This document shows, in pieces, positions 49,999-58,908 of a DNA stretch of 64,000 bases. Position 1 is the first letter of the stretch, and each line of letters begins with the position of its first letter. Made by a program: the position numbers and the translations under genes. The notes under the pieces were generated by a model. That model made no database searches. It had not been told where the DNA came from and worked only from the letters and a program-made list of their open reading frames with translations. The stretch comes from Nitrospirota bacterium. GTDB taxonomy: Bacteria > Nitrospirota > UBA9217. The stretch spans positions 10,699 to 74,698 of the forward strand of contig DASPSR010000052.1 in assembly GCA_035623825.1 (NCBI GenBank), given 5' to 3'.

Positions 49999-51009
49999 TT
50001 ATTCTTTCAGCCAGAACCAGTCATAGTTAGATCTTCCTGATCGTTCAACGCCATCTGGAGAAAATTCCTTGAACCATTTGAGTTTTCCATGTCCATATTG
50101 AGCTTCTGTCTTTACTTGCCCGGACTCATAGTACTCTCTCTGTATGCCGTGTCTTTCTCCTTTTATGTTGAATCTTTCCTCAGCAAGCTTCACTTTGCGC
50201 AGATCGACGACTTCGTAAGTTACAATTAATTTAGGCGTACCGTTAGAATGACTTTCGAGGGCGACCCTTTCGAGGTTGCCCTGCATATCCGTTCTGGCGG
50301 ATAGGCCAGCGGTTTTTTCTAGAGGGCTAATAGTTTTGCTTTTTGCCCCCGCCTGCGGCTCTGGACCAGCCGACGGCGCTGCTCGCTCTTGTATTGGGGG
50401 CGGTGCGGCGGCTTGAGGTTTAGCAGCGCCCTTACCCAAAACGTCTTCGTTTGCTGCTTGCGGTGGCTGTTGTGCCGGCGCCGCAGGCTGTTCCCGGGGA
50501 ATCGGGGGCGCAGGCTTTTCGTATTCCAGCTTCATGTCCAGGGCCTTGTACTTCTGGGTTTGAGGTGCCTTTTCCGAACGAGGGGAAGAGCGGTCCGTCT
50601 TGCCGAGTTCATCCTTTGCAATTACTGATGACGGAGCCTCCCGAGTCGGCGCTTCCGAAAGATTAGGAGTTGGCTGAATGTTCCGATAGATATAGAAGGC
50701 GATGACGGTAAGGAACAGCACGGCAAAAATCTGGATTGGCAACTTGGCGCGGACAGGGAAGAACAAAAAACCCCTGCGCCTCCTTTCTGTCTCGGCACGC
50801 ACCTTTGCCATGGTTTTCTGCGTCATCCATGCCGGCGGCTCCACCTGCTCGACGGTCTTGATATGCTCAATGGTCCTCTCAAGCTCCCTAAGCGCATCGC
50901 TGCAGGCAGCGCATGTCTTCAGGTGCTCCTCGATCTCCGCTTTTGCCGCTGAAGGAATCGACCCGTCAATGTACTCGGACAGCTTATGACGCATCACATG
51001 GCGCTCCAT
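49999..51009 (-). CDS. zinc-finger anti-sigma factor (zf-HC2) with TM helix, Pro-rich linker and MORN-like C-terminal repeats
   Basis: LSEYIDG...HLKTCAAC; TGATG coupling to the sigma gene; YYESGQVK-type repeats. Confidence 0.85.
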   Translation of the reverse strand: MERHVMRHKLSEYIDGSIPSAAKAEIEEHLKTCAACSDALRELERTIEHIKTVEQVEPPAWMTQKTMAKVRAETERRRRGFLFFPVRAKLPIQIFAVLFLTVIAFYIYRNIQPTPNLSEAPTREAPSSVIAKDELGKTDRSSPRSEKAPQTQKYKALDMKLEYEKPAPPIPREQPAAPAQQPPQAANEDVLGKGAAKPQAAAPPPIQERAAPSAGPEPQAGAKSKTISPLEKTAGLSARTDMQGNLERVALESHSNGTPKLIVTYEVVDLRKVKLAEERFNIKGERHGIQREYYESGQVKTEAQYGHGKLKWFKEFSPDGVERSGRSNYDWFWLKE

Positions 51010-51608
51010 CAAAGTTCTCCCATGATTTTCTTCAAGCAATCCTTGACCGCTTCTCGTGCCCTGAAGAGCCGCGATTTCACCGTGCCTTCGCGCATATTGA
51101 GCACCCCGCTGATTTCTTCATATGAAAAATCCTGCAGGTCCCGCAAGATGACGACCTCGCGATATTCCGGCGCGAGGGCTTTGATGCAGTCCTGCACCCG
51201 GCCCTGAACGTAACGCTTCTCAAGCAGGTCCAGCGCAGAGGGCTCTTTTGACGGCGGGTCCGCCACCATCTCTCCGTCATCCGCCTTCACCGGGGCATCC
51301 AGTGAAAAGGCTTCATGGCCGGATCTGGACCTCATCCGCTTCAGGCGGTTCCGCGAATGGTTCACGGTGATGGCTGTTAGCCAGGTCGTGAATTTCGCCT
51401 GGCCGCGAAAATTCATTATGTTCTTAAAAGCCGAAATGAAGGCGTCCTGCACCGCCTCGCACGCCTCGTCGTAATCACCGATCATCCTGAAGGCAATGTT
51501 CAGCATCCTCTTCTGGTGCTTGTTCACCAAGCTCTCAAAGGCGTTCAAGTCCCCCTGCCTGGTACGCGAGACGAGGTCGGCATCTTCATCCGAAGCTGTA
51601 TTTCCCAT
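51009..51608 (-). CDS. ECF RNA polymerase sigma factor
   Basis: GDLNAFESLV, FTTWL, SYEEI...GTVKSRLFRAR. Start taken at MGNT after a GGGGAG RBS. Confidence 0.93.
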   Translation of the reverse strand: MGNTASDEDADLVSRTRQGDLNAFESLVNKHQKRMLNIAFRMIGDYDEACEAVQDAFISAFKNIMNFRGQAKFTTWLTAITVNHSRNRLKRMRSRSGHEAFSLDAPVKADDGEMVADPPSKEPSALDLLEKRYVQGRVQDCIKALAPEYREVVILRDLQDFSYEEISGVLNMREGTVKSRLFRAREAVKDCLKKIMGEL

Positions 51609-51621
51609 CGCTCCCCTACTA

Positions 51622-51650
51622 TGAGACAGTCCGAACGGGGCGTTTGTTCC
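51622..51650 (-). promoter_or_regulatory. ECF sigma autoregulatory promoter (copy 1)
   Basis: Minus strand GGAAC-N18-GTCTCA upstream of the sigma gene. Confidence 0.7.
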
Positions 51651-51760
51651 GTTGGCCATGATGATTTTAATTGTATCGTAAACAGTTTACTTTTGCACTG
51701 GCAAAATGCTATGTTACCTTAAAAGTGGTATAATATAGTATTTCTAAGCGGGAGGGAGCA

Positions 51761-51979
51761 ATGGATGACAAGGTCGTGATATTCGGGAAGGCCGGGTGAC
51801 CGCATACGGAAAAGGCCAGGTCGGTCTACGGCGATAAGGCTGCGTATTACGATGTTAAGACGAACAGCGCGAAACTGGAGGAAATGCTGAAATATTCAAG
51901 AGGCGTACGGAAAGTGCCCGTCATTGTTCGAGGTGAAAACGTTGTCATCGGATACGAGGGTGGTTCCTGAGGCGTGTAA
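51761..51979 (+). CDS. glutaredoxin-like selenoprotein with two in-frame UGA (UXX-star family-like), 72 aa
   Basis: GGAGGGAG RBS; MDDKVVIFGKAG-U-PHT...RKVPVIV...IGYEGGS-U-GV*; UGA at 51797 and 51968, each followed by a hairpin. Confidence 0.85.
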
Positions 51980-52097
51980 CAGCCGGCAGGCGGCCGGCAA
52001 GAATGGTCAGGAATTCGGGCCTCATGTTCAGATTGGCGGGGGCAAAGTTCTGATTGCGATATGAAAGCATCACTCATGGGCGGGAGAAGCGGAAAAC

Positions 52098-52655
52098 ATG
52101 ACACTGGACAAATATTTTCTTGAGAGAGACGATTCCGTGCTTTTGATTGTCGACATCCAGGACAAGCTCGCGGCGGTGATGAAAGAGAAGGACAAGGTTG
52201 TCAAGAATAACCTCATTCTGATCGAGGTCTCGAAGATGCTCAAGATCCCGGTCGTCGTGACGGAGCAGTATCCCAAGGGTCTCGGGCGAACCGTGCCGGA
52301 GATTCGGGCTGTGCTGTCCGAGTATCGACCGGTCGAGAAGATGACCTTCAACTGTTGCAGCGCGGCCGCATTCTTGTTAGAGATCAAAAAGACCAACAGG
52401 AAGAAAATTATCATCACGGGCATGGAGACGCACATCTGCGTGCTCCAGACCGCGACGGGCTTATTGCGCGACGGCTTCATCCCTCACGTCGTGCAGGATG
52501 CAGTATGTTCGAGGACGAAAGAGAACTGGAAAACGGGTACTGAGTTCATGCGGGACGCCGGGGCTGCCGTTACCTGCACCGAAACGGTGCTATTCCAGCT
52601 CCTCGGGGTCGCGGGCACTGAGGAATTCAGGGCGGTCTCGAGGATGATCAAATAG
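52098..52655 (+). CDS. isochorismatase-family hydrolase
   Basis: IVDIQDKL, TEQYPKGLG.T, GMETHICVLQT. Confidence 0.92.
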   Translation: MTLDKYFLERDDSVLLIVDIQDKLAAVMKEKDKVVKNNLILIEVSKMLKIPVVVTEQYPKGLGRTVPEIRAVLSEYRPVEKMTFNCCSAAAFLLEIKKTNRKKIIITGMETHICVLQTATGLLRDGFIPHVVQDAVCSRTKENWKTGTEFMRDAGAAVTCTETVLFQLLGVAGTEEFRAVSRMIK

Positions 52656-52795
52656 AAATGCTAGAAGACAGAAAGCGAAGACAGATGTCAGAAAGCACGT
52701 GGTCAGCGAACGAGAAGAGGCCAATACTCAGAATAAGCCCATCACGCTCCTACGGCCGATTCCTGAACGCTAGATAGGATTCCAAGGGTGACAGT

Positions 52796-54433
52796 ATGGC
52801 AGAAGAACAACTTCCAGACGACGTAAAAAAAGTAATCAAGGAAACCTTCTTCAAGGAGCTCAAGGAAGATGTCGCCCTCGAAGTCTATACGAAATCCGGC
52901 GTGAACGATCAGTTCAACGAAGCGGCGGTTTCCCTTATCAAGGCCCTTTCGGCATTGAACGACAAGCTCAAGGTTTCCTTTCACGCGGTGGATGATGAGC
53001 AGTCGGTAAGACGCAATGTCCATCGGTCGCCTACGGTGCTCATTGCGCCAGACAAATACCGACTTCGCTATACGGGCGCGCCGCTCGGCGAAGAAGGCAG
53101 GTCGCTCCTTGTTGCTATCCTGATGGCGTCAACGGGCCAGAGCGTCCTGACCCCGCCGGCACTGGAGAAGATAGCCGGGCTCAAAGAAAAGCGAGACATT
53201 CAGGTCTTTGTCAGCCCCACGTGCCCCTATTGCCCGCAACAGGTGCTCACCGCGTTCGCCGCGGCGATCATGAAGCCGGACCTGATCTCTGCCGAGGCTG
53301 TCGAAATTTATGAGAACCAGGACCTGGCGCAAAATCTCGGGTCTCTTTCCGTACCTCAGACATTCATCAATGGCACCTTCACGGGCATGGGACTCCAACC
53401 CGAGGAGTTCTTTGTAGAGTCGCTCCTGTCGCTTAGAGAGCCCGAGTACATCTCTGAACAGATATCAGCGGAACCCATCGAGAAGGACCTCGTCGTCGTC
53501 GGAGCCGGGCCTGCGGGTCTCACGGCTTCGATCTACGCCGTGCGGGCAGGCCTTTCTGCAGTCGTGGTCGAACGGGAGGTCATCGGCGGACAGGTCGCCA
53601 TTACACCCGTTGTCGAGAACTATCCCGGATACATGCGGATCGGCGGAAAGAGCCTGGTCGACCTGATTTCACAGCAGGCGGTCCAATACGCGGACATTCA
53701 TGTCGGCGAACAGGTGAAAGAGATCGCGCAGGACAAGCAGGACGGTAAGTTCAGCGTCAAGACCAACCGGGCGATTTACATTACCAAGGGAATTGTCCTG
53801 GCGACCGGGGTCGGAAACAGGGCCCTTGATGCCGCGGGCGAACGGCGGCTTTACGGCAGAGGAGTGAGCTACTGCGCCACCTGTGACGGTTATTTCTTCA
53901 AAGACGGAAGAAAGGTGTTTGTGGTCGGCGGCGGCAATACGGCGGTGACCGACGCTCTCTATCTCAACAACCTAGGAGCGCAGGTAACGGTCGTCCACTG
54001 GCGGGACTCGCTCCGCTGTGAGGCAAAGCTGCAGGAAAGCCTGAAGGAGTCCGGCATTCCCGTCCTATGGAACAGCGAAGTGAAGGAGATCATCGGCGAC
54101 AAAACGGTGAAATCCGTAAGGATCGAGAACAAAAAGACCCATGCCGTCACCGAGATGCAGGCCGATGGCGTGTTCGTGGCTATCGGCTACGTACCGAACA
54201 ATGAGATCGCAAAAGCGCTCGGACTCGAACTCGACAGCGAAGGTTACATCAAGGTGGACCTCACCACCATGCGGACGTCGATGCCGCATGTATACGCAGC
54301 AGGAGACATCACCGGCGGACTCAAGCAGATCGCCGTCGCCGTTGGACAGGGCTCCATCGCGGCGATGAGCGCCTTTGAGGACATTTCAAGCCCCTATTGG
54401 GCGAAGCAGGAAGACGCGCAAAAGGTTTCTTAA
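52796..54433 (+). CDS. thioredoxin-fold (PDO/AhpF-N-like) domain fused to thioredoxin reductase
   Basis: CPYC in the second Trx fold; GAGPAG, GVSYCATCDG, GGGNTA, YAAGD. Confidence 0.9.
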   Translation: MAEEQLPDDVKKVIKETFFKELKEDVALEVYTKSGVNDQFNEAAVSLIKALSALNDKLKVSFHAVDDEQSVRRNVHRSPTVLIAPDKYRLRYTGAPLGEEGRSLLVAILMASTGQSVLTPPALEKIAGLKEKRDIQVFVSPTCPYCPQQVLTAFAAAIMKPDLISAEAVEIYENQDLAQNLGSLSVPQTFINGTFTGMGLQPEEFFVESLLSLREPEYISEQISAEPIEKDLVVVGAGPAGLTASIYAVRAGLSAVVVEREVIGGQVAITPVVENYPGYMRIGGKSLVDLISQQAVQYADIHVGEQVKEIAQDKQDGKFSVKTNRAIYITKGIVLATGVGNRALDAAGERRLYGRGVSYCATCDGYFFKDGRKVFVVGGGNTAVTDALYLNNLGAQVTVVHWRDSLRCEAKLQESLKESGIPVLWNSEVKEIIGDKTVKSVRIENKKTHAVTEMQADGVFVAIGYVPNNEIAKALGLELDSEGYIKVDLTTMRTSMPHVYAAGDITGGLKQIAVAVGQGSIAAMSAFEDISSPYWAKQEDAQKVS

Positions 54434-55005
54434 AATTTTACTTTCGGTGCTTCCTTCTCGGCTTGCGGTATCTCGTAGTACGTCGCCTCTCCCACTCCTG
54501 CCAGCGAAGCGAAGAACCTTCCGAAAACGGTCCTCCGGTAAGTGTTCAGCGTACGGACGTCATCGTTATAGCGCTTCCTTTCCACAGAGATCCTGTTTTC
54601 CGTTCCTTCGAGGCTGTCCTGCAGCTTCAGGAACGACTCATTCGCCTTGAGCTGAGGAAAGTTCTCCTGTAACAGGAGGAGGCGGGAGAGTGCGCCTTCG
54701 AGCTGTTGGGAAGCCTGGATCTTGTCTTTTACTGTGGCAGCCTGAAAGTATTTGGTGCGCGCATTTGCGATGTTTTCAAAGACTTCACGCTCGTGCTTGG
54801 CGTATCCTTTCACCGTCTCGACAAGATTCGGGATCAGGTCGTAGCGGCGTTTCAGCTGGTTCTCGACCTGCGCCCACTGTGATTTTACCTGCTCGTCCAT
54901 TGCAATGACCCTATTGTATTGACCGACGCCCCAGAACATCGTCAAGAGCGCGAAACCCGCGATGACTGCAAGAATAATAAGAATCGTCTTTGCTCCGTTG
55001 CTCAT
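54430..55005 (-). CDS. lemA: LemA family protein
   Basis: QLKRRYDLIPNLVETVKGYA, ENFPQLKA, TENRI.VER..YN. Confidence 0.95.
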   Translation of the reverse strand: MSNGAKTILIILAVIAGFALLTMFWGVGQYNRVIAMDEQVKSQWAQVENQLKRRYDLIPNLVETVKGYAKHEREVFENIANARTKYFQAATVKDKIQASQQLEGALSRLLLLQENFPQLKANESFLKLQDSLEGTENRISVERKRYNDDVRTLNTYRRTVFGRFFASLAGVGEATYYEIPQAEKEAPKVKF

Positions 55006-55111
55006 AGCCACCTCCTGCTATATATAGATAGAAAACGAGATCTGCGCGTTTGAATTTGAACGGTTTTCCCCTCGCGTATATCCTGCATTCCTGCAACAAT
55101 TCCTAGGCCCT

Positions 55112-55906
55112 CTACCAGCCCCCTGATGCTCCGCCGCCGCCGAATCCTCCACCACCTCCGCCGCCGAATCCACCGGAACTGCCCCCGCCAAACCCTCCGT
55201 ATCCGCCGCCGTACCATCCTCGACCCCTGCTCCCAAGTGACGAGGCGAAAAACAAGAGGAGACATTGGCGGGGATTCGTCACGAATAGTACAACTGCGAT
55301 AAGAAAAAGAACTATCAGCGATATGGTGCCGAAGATGCCGACTGGCTTCTGAACGCGGTCTTCGTGTATTCTCCGAGTACCGGGAACACCTGTTATCTGT
55401 ACTCCCTCATGCGACGCAATTGCCTGTATCACTGCGAGCGTAGCAGTAAATATTCCCGTGCTGAAGTCGCCTCTCCTGAAATAGGGGACAAGATATTCCC
55501 TCCCGATCGATCCGACCAGGCTGTCGGGCAGAACACTTTCCAAACCGTATCCGACTTCAAGGCGATACTTTTTGTCTTTTACTGCCACGACGATCAGGAG
55601 ACCGTTGTCCTTTCCTTTTTGGCCGAGCTTCCATTTTTCTGCTGTCCTAAGAGAAAAGCCCTCGATATCCTCGCCGTCAAGGCTCTGGATGGTCAGGACG
55701 AGCACCTGTGCTGTGGTCTTCCTTTCCAATTCCGAGAGATAAGCATCGAGCTGGTTTCTGACGTCGTCCCTGATGATGCCCGCGAGGTCAACCACATAAT
55801 CCTGAGGAACTGCCGGCGGCTCCGGTGTCACGGCGGCGGCAGGAGACGTGAAAAGACATATTACGAGAATCGCGCAGAGGACGAGTTTTTTAAACACGAA
55901 GTTCAT
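55112..55906 (-). CDS. TPM-domain (YgcG-like) membrane protein
   Basis: VVDLAG, KDNGLLI, EVGYGLE..LPD, Gly-rich tail GGGASGGW. Confidence 0.92.
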   Translation of the reverse strand: MNFVFKKLVLCAILVICLFTSPAAAVTPEPPAVPQDYVVDLAGIIRDDVRNQLDAYLSELERKTTAQVLVLTIQSLDGEDIEGFSLRTAEKWKLGQKGKDNGLLIVVAVKDKKYRLEVGYGLESVLPDSLVGSIGREYLVPYFRRGDFSTGIFTATLAVIQAIASHEGVQITGVPGTRRIHEDRVQKPVGIFGTISLIVLFLIAVVLFVTNPRQCLLLFFASSLGSRGRGWYGGGYGGFGGGSSGGFGGGGGGGFGGGGASGGW

Positions 55907-56636
55907 CGATGATCTTTCCAGTTCCCTCGAGCGCGTTGTAGTAGCGATCGAACAGTGCCCTGAGTTCGTGGTCTGATGGCTTCATTTCTCCGGATTTCAG
56001 CAACAGCAGCTCTGTGAAGATGTCCGCTTGAATGTCGGTTGCGGATTCATACGTTTTTATTACCTCCGCCCTGGCGACGGGAGGCTCCTTGCCCAACAGC
56101 GAGATGATAGCCCGGAAGAGGGCCATGGAGCCGGTAATGGACCGGACGAGCAAGGTCGCGAGGGGCTCCTTTTTGCCTAGCGATGATATATATCCCTGCC
56201 TCAGCCCCATGAGTTTGGTCTTGATCTCGCGCTCGGCTTGGAGACGCAATGGCTGCCTGGCGATCTCAATGTCCCTGAAGATGTCCCCTCCGTAAACCGT
56301 CTTGTGAATGAGTTTGAAATCGAGGAATTCGATCGGAAAAGCATCTCGCGAGTCCTGTATATACTCCGGCGTCATCACGAGCGGAGCGGCAATCCTCTTC
56401 TTCCCGTGTCTCTTCCCGAGCGGGGCAAGAAAGGAAATAAATCGCAGGTCCATCGTATGAAGGATGACCACGGAATTGATATCGGACAGCTTCTCGTTGT
56501 AGTCCGGCATGACAGCGCTCCCCACGACGTGGAACGAATGGATGTCCTGTGGGCGCTCCCGGACGATCTCCTCAACCATCGGAGATATCCTCTTCGCGAC
56601 GCTCGGGACGAGTCCGGCAAGTTTGAGTTCTTCCAT
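55890..56636 (-). CDS. nucleotidyltransferase-like protein
   Basis: GSAV..D.....SDIN motif and D.FPIEF; co-oriented with TPM and lemA. Confidence 0.75.
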   Translation of the reverse strand: MEELKLAGLVPSVAKRISPMVEEIVRERPQDIHSFHVVGSAVMPDYNEKLSDINSVVILHTMDLRFISFLAPLGKRHGKKRIAAPLVMTPEYIQDSRDAFPIEFLDFKLIHKTVYGGDIFRDIEIARQPLRLQAEREIKTKLMGLRQGYISSLGKKEPLATLLVRSITGSMALFRAIISLLGKEPPVARAEVIKTYESATDIQADIFTELLLLKSGEMKPSDHELRALFDRYYNALEGTGKIIDELRV

Positions 56637-56829
56637 GGTGAACTGATTATAGCACAGGAGGTTTTCCTTCTCAATCAAATCCGCCGCCGGCTGATTGCTT
56701 TTCCTGGTAATAGAGATATAATTTAAGCATGACCCGAAGCGTTGAGGAGGCAGGCCGTAGTCCCAACCTGCCATAAGGACGGCAGGCTGAAACCTCCTGG
56801 TGCATTATCTTTGAGGGGAGGGATGGTAA

Positions 56830-57165
56830 GTGGAAATCATTCAGCGGTTGCTGCAGTGGGTGATTACGGCTATCTGCATCGTAGGGGCCATCGTCGTCAT
56901 CTGGGGAATTGGAGAGGCTGCCTCAGCATTCCTTACGATGAAGGTCACGCGAACCGCAAAAGATGCAATTCAGGAAAGCGAGACCATCCGACTGCGGCTG
57001 GGTGCACACCTCCTGTTGGGGCTGGAGATATTCATCGCTGCGGACATTGTCAGTTCGGTCGCAAGCCCGACTTGGGAACGGGTTGGTATACTCGCATCCA
57101 TTGTCGGCGTGCGAACAGTCCTGAGCTATTTTCTGCGAATAGAAATCAAGCAGGGTGTTCAGTGA
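56830..57165 (+). CDS. DUF1622 membrane protein
   Basis: LGLEIFIAADIV...IVGVRTVLSYFL. Confidence 0.88.
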   Translation: MEIIQRLLQWVITAICIVGAIVVIWGIGEAASAFLTMKVTRTAKDAIQESETIRLRLGAHLLLGLEIFIAADIVSSVASPTWERVGILASIVGVRTVLSYFLRIEIKQGVQ

Positions 57166-57260
57166 TCGGCCTTTACCTCAATCATCATGCAGGTCAGTCC
57201 AGTTTGAAAATAGCGACGCGAGCTTGAATGGTAGTTGACCTTCGATCGTGGAGGTGCTTT

Positions 57261-57797
57261 ATGGACGTTATTGAAAGAAAGATCGGTAAGGCGACCATGC
57301 GACTTATATCCGCCGACATCACCGAACGGGACGTGGGCGCCATTGTGAACGCAGCGAACAGCCGCCTCCAGCATGGCGGTGGCGTAGCAGGAGCGATTGT
57401 GAGAAGGGGCGGCAGGATCATCCAGGATGAGAGCGACAAGATAGGCTACGTGCCTGTGGGCGGCGCGGCAATCACTACCGGCGGAAAGCTGAAGGCCCGG
57501 TACGTCATCCACGCCGTTGGGCCGAAGATGGGTGAGGGCGATGAGGATAATAAGCTCAAAGGTGCGATCAACAGCGTGCTCAGCCTAGCCACCGAGGAAA
57601 GGCTCATGAGCATCTCCGTGCCCGCCATAAGCGCGGGTATCTTCGGTTTTCCCAAGGCCCGGTGTGCGGAGATACTCGTGGGCGAGACGGTCACGTTCTT
57701 GAAAAACAGGCCAGAGGGCTCACTTGAACTTATAGAGTTCTGCATATTCGATAAAGAAGTATTTGGGCATTTCAAGTCTGCATTTGAAAAGGTCTAA
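57261..57797 (+). CDS. macro domain protein (ADP-ribose binding/deacetylase)
   Basis: DIT, AIVNAAN..L.HGGGV.GAI, IHAVGP, PAISAGIFGFP. Confidence 0.93.
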   Translation: MDVIERKIGKATMRLISADITERDVGAIVNAANSRLQHGGGVAGAIVRRGGRIIQDESDKIGYVPVGGAAITTGGKLKARYVIHAVGPKMGEGDEDNKLKGAINSVLSLATEERLMSISVPAISAGIFGFPKARCAEILVGETVTFLKNRPEGSLELIEFCIFDKEVFGHFKSAFEKV

Positions 57798-58040
57798 GGA
57801 TCGATGCCAAAAAAAGAGTGACGGGGCAGAGACCGTAAGGGGAAGTCCGACTCGTAACCCCGGAATCCCGCTCGACGCGCCGAATATTTTTTGAACATTT
57901 TAGGGAAAATATAGTATCCTTTAAATAAAGACGCCGTTAGCGTGGTCCCATCGGTCCCATAGATATGCTTTGTATGTCGAAGGGGGCAGCGCCTCCGGTG
58001 GGCTTTGATCGGAACGAGGTATTTTCTGAACCCCCGGCCT

Positions 58041-58850
58041 ATGAGTTCGCCTAAGAAGAAGGTACACATATTCATTGTCTCTGACTCTACAGGGACGACG
58101 GCTGAAATGGTCATAAATGCGGTTTTGGTGCAGTTTAAAGAAATAAGGCCGGTCTTCAAGAAGTTTCCCTATATCAGCACGAAGGCGCAGATTAAGGCGA
58201 TTCTGAACCAGGCGCATGCGGTCCAAGGCATCGTCATTTACTCCCTGGTCTCACAGGAACTGAGGACGTGGATCCGCAAGGAAAAGCGGTCAATGGATAT
58301 GTACGCCATCGATCTCCTCGGCCCGATCCTTGACCGCATCAGAAAACAGTGGGATTTGATCCCCCTCCTGGAACCAGGCCTATTACGGGAAATCGACGAA
58401 GAATCGCTCCGCCTTGCCGAAGCCATCGATTTTACCTTAAAGCACGACGATGGACAGGGAGCGGAGACATTGGGGAAAGCGGACCTCATCATCTTGGGCG
58501 TTTCAAGGACCTCAAAGACCCCAACCAGTTTTTATCTTTCCTGTAACCACGGCTTGAAGGTGGCCAATATACCTCTTATCCTTGGCATGAGACCGCCGGA
58601 CAAGGTATTTACGCTAAAGACCCAGAAAGTGGGTTTCACCATTGAATATGAAAGGCTCGCTTTCATAAGGCGAAAGAGGCTGAAATACACGGAGGCTGCC
58701 GATTACATGGATCCAACGCATATCCAGGATGAGCTTGATTACAGCCGCCGGATATTCAATCAGGTAAAGGGACTTCAGATCATCGATGTGACCCATAGTT
58801 CTATAGAAGAAGTTGCGAACAAAATCATGGAGGCAAGGCAGGAAAGCTGA
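58041..58850 (+). CDS. ppsR: PEP synthase/PPDK regulatory kinase-phosphotransferase (DUF299), copy 1
   Basis: SDSTG.TA, HDDG, GVSRTSKTP, SIEE.A. Confidence 0.9.
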   Translation: MSSPKKKVHIFIVSDSTGTTAEMVINAVLVQFKEIRPVFKKFPYISTKAQIKAILNQAHAVQGIVIYSLVSQELRTWIRKEKRSMDMYAIDLLGPILDRIRKQWDLIPLLEPGLLREIDEESLRLAEAIDFTLKHDDGQGAETLGKADLIILGVSRTSKTPTSFYLSCNHGLKVANIPLILGMRPPDKVFTLKTQKVGFTIEYERLAFIRRKRLKYTEAADYMDPTHIQDELDYSRRIFNQVKGLQIIDVTHSSIEEVANKIMEARQES

Positions 58851-58908
58851 GGGTTGGCCGCCATGAAAACCATGAGCAGTTGCCATCCGGGAAGGGGGCG
58901 ATATTGTT

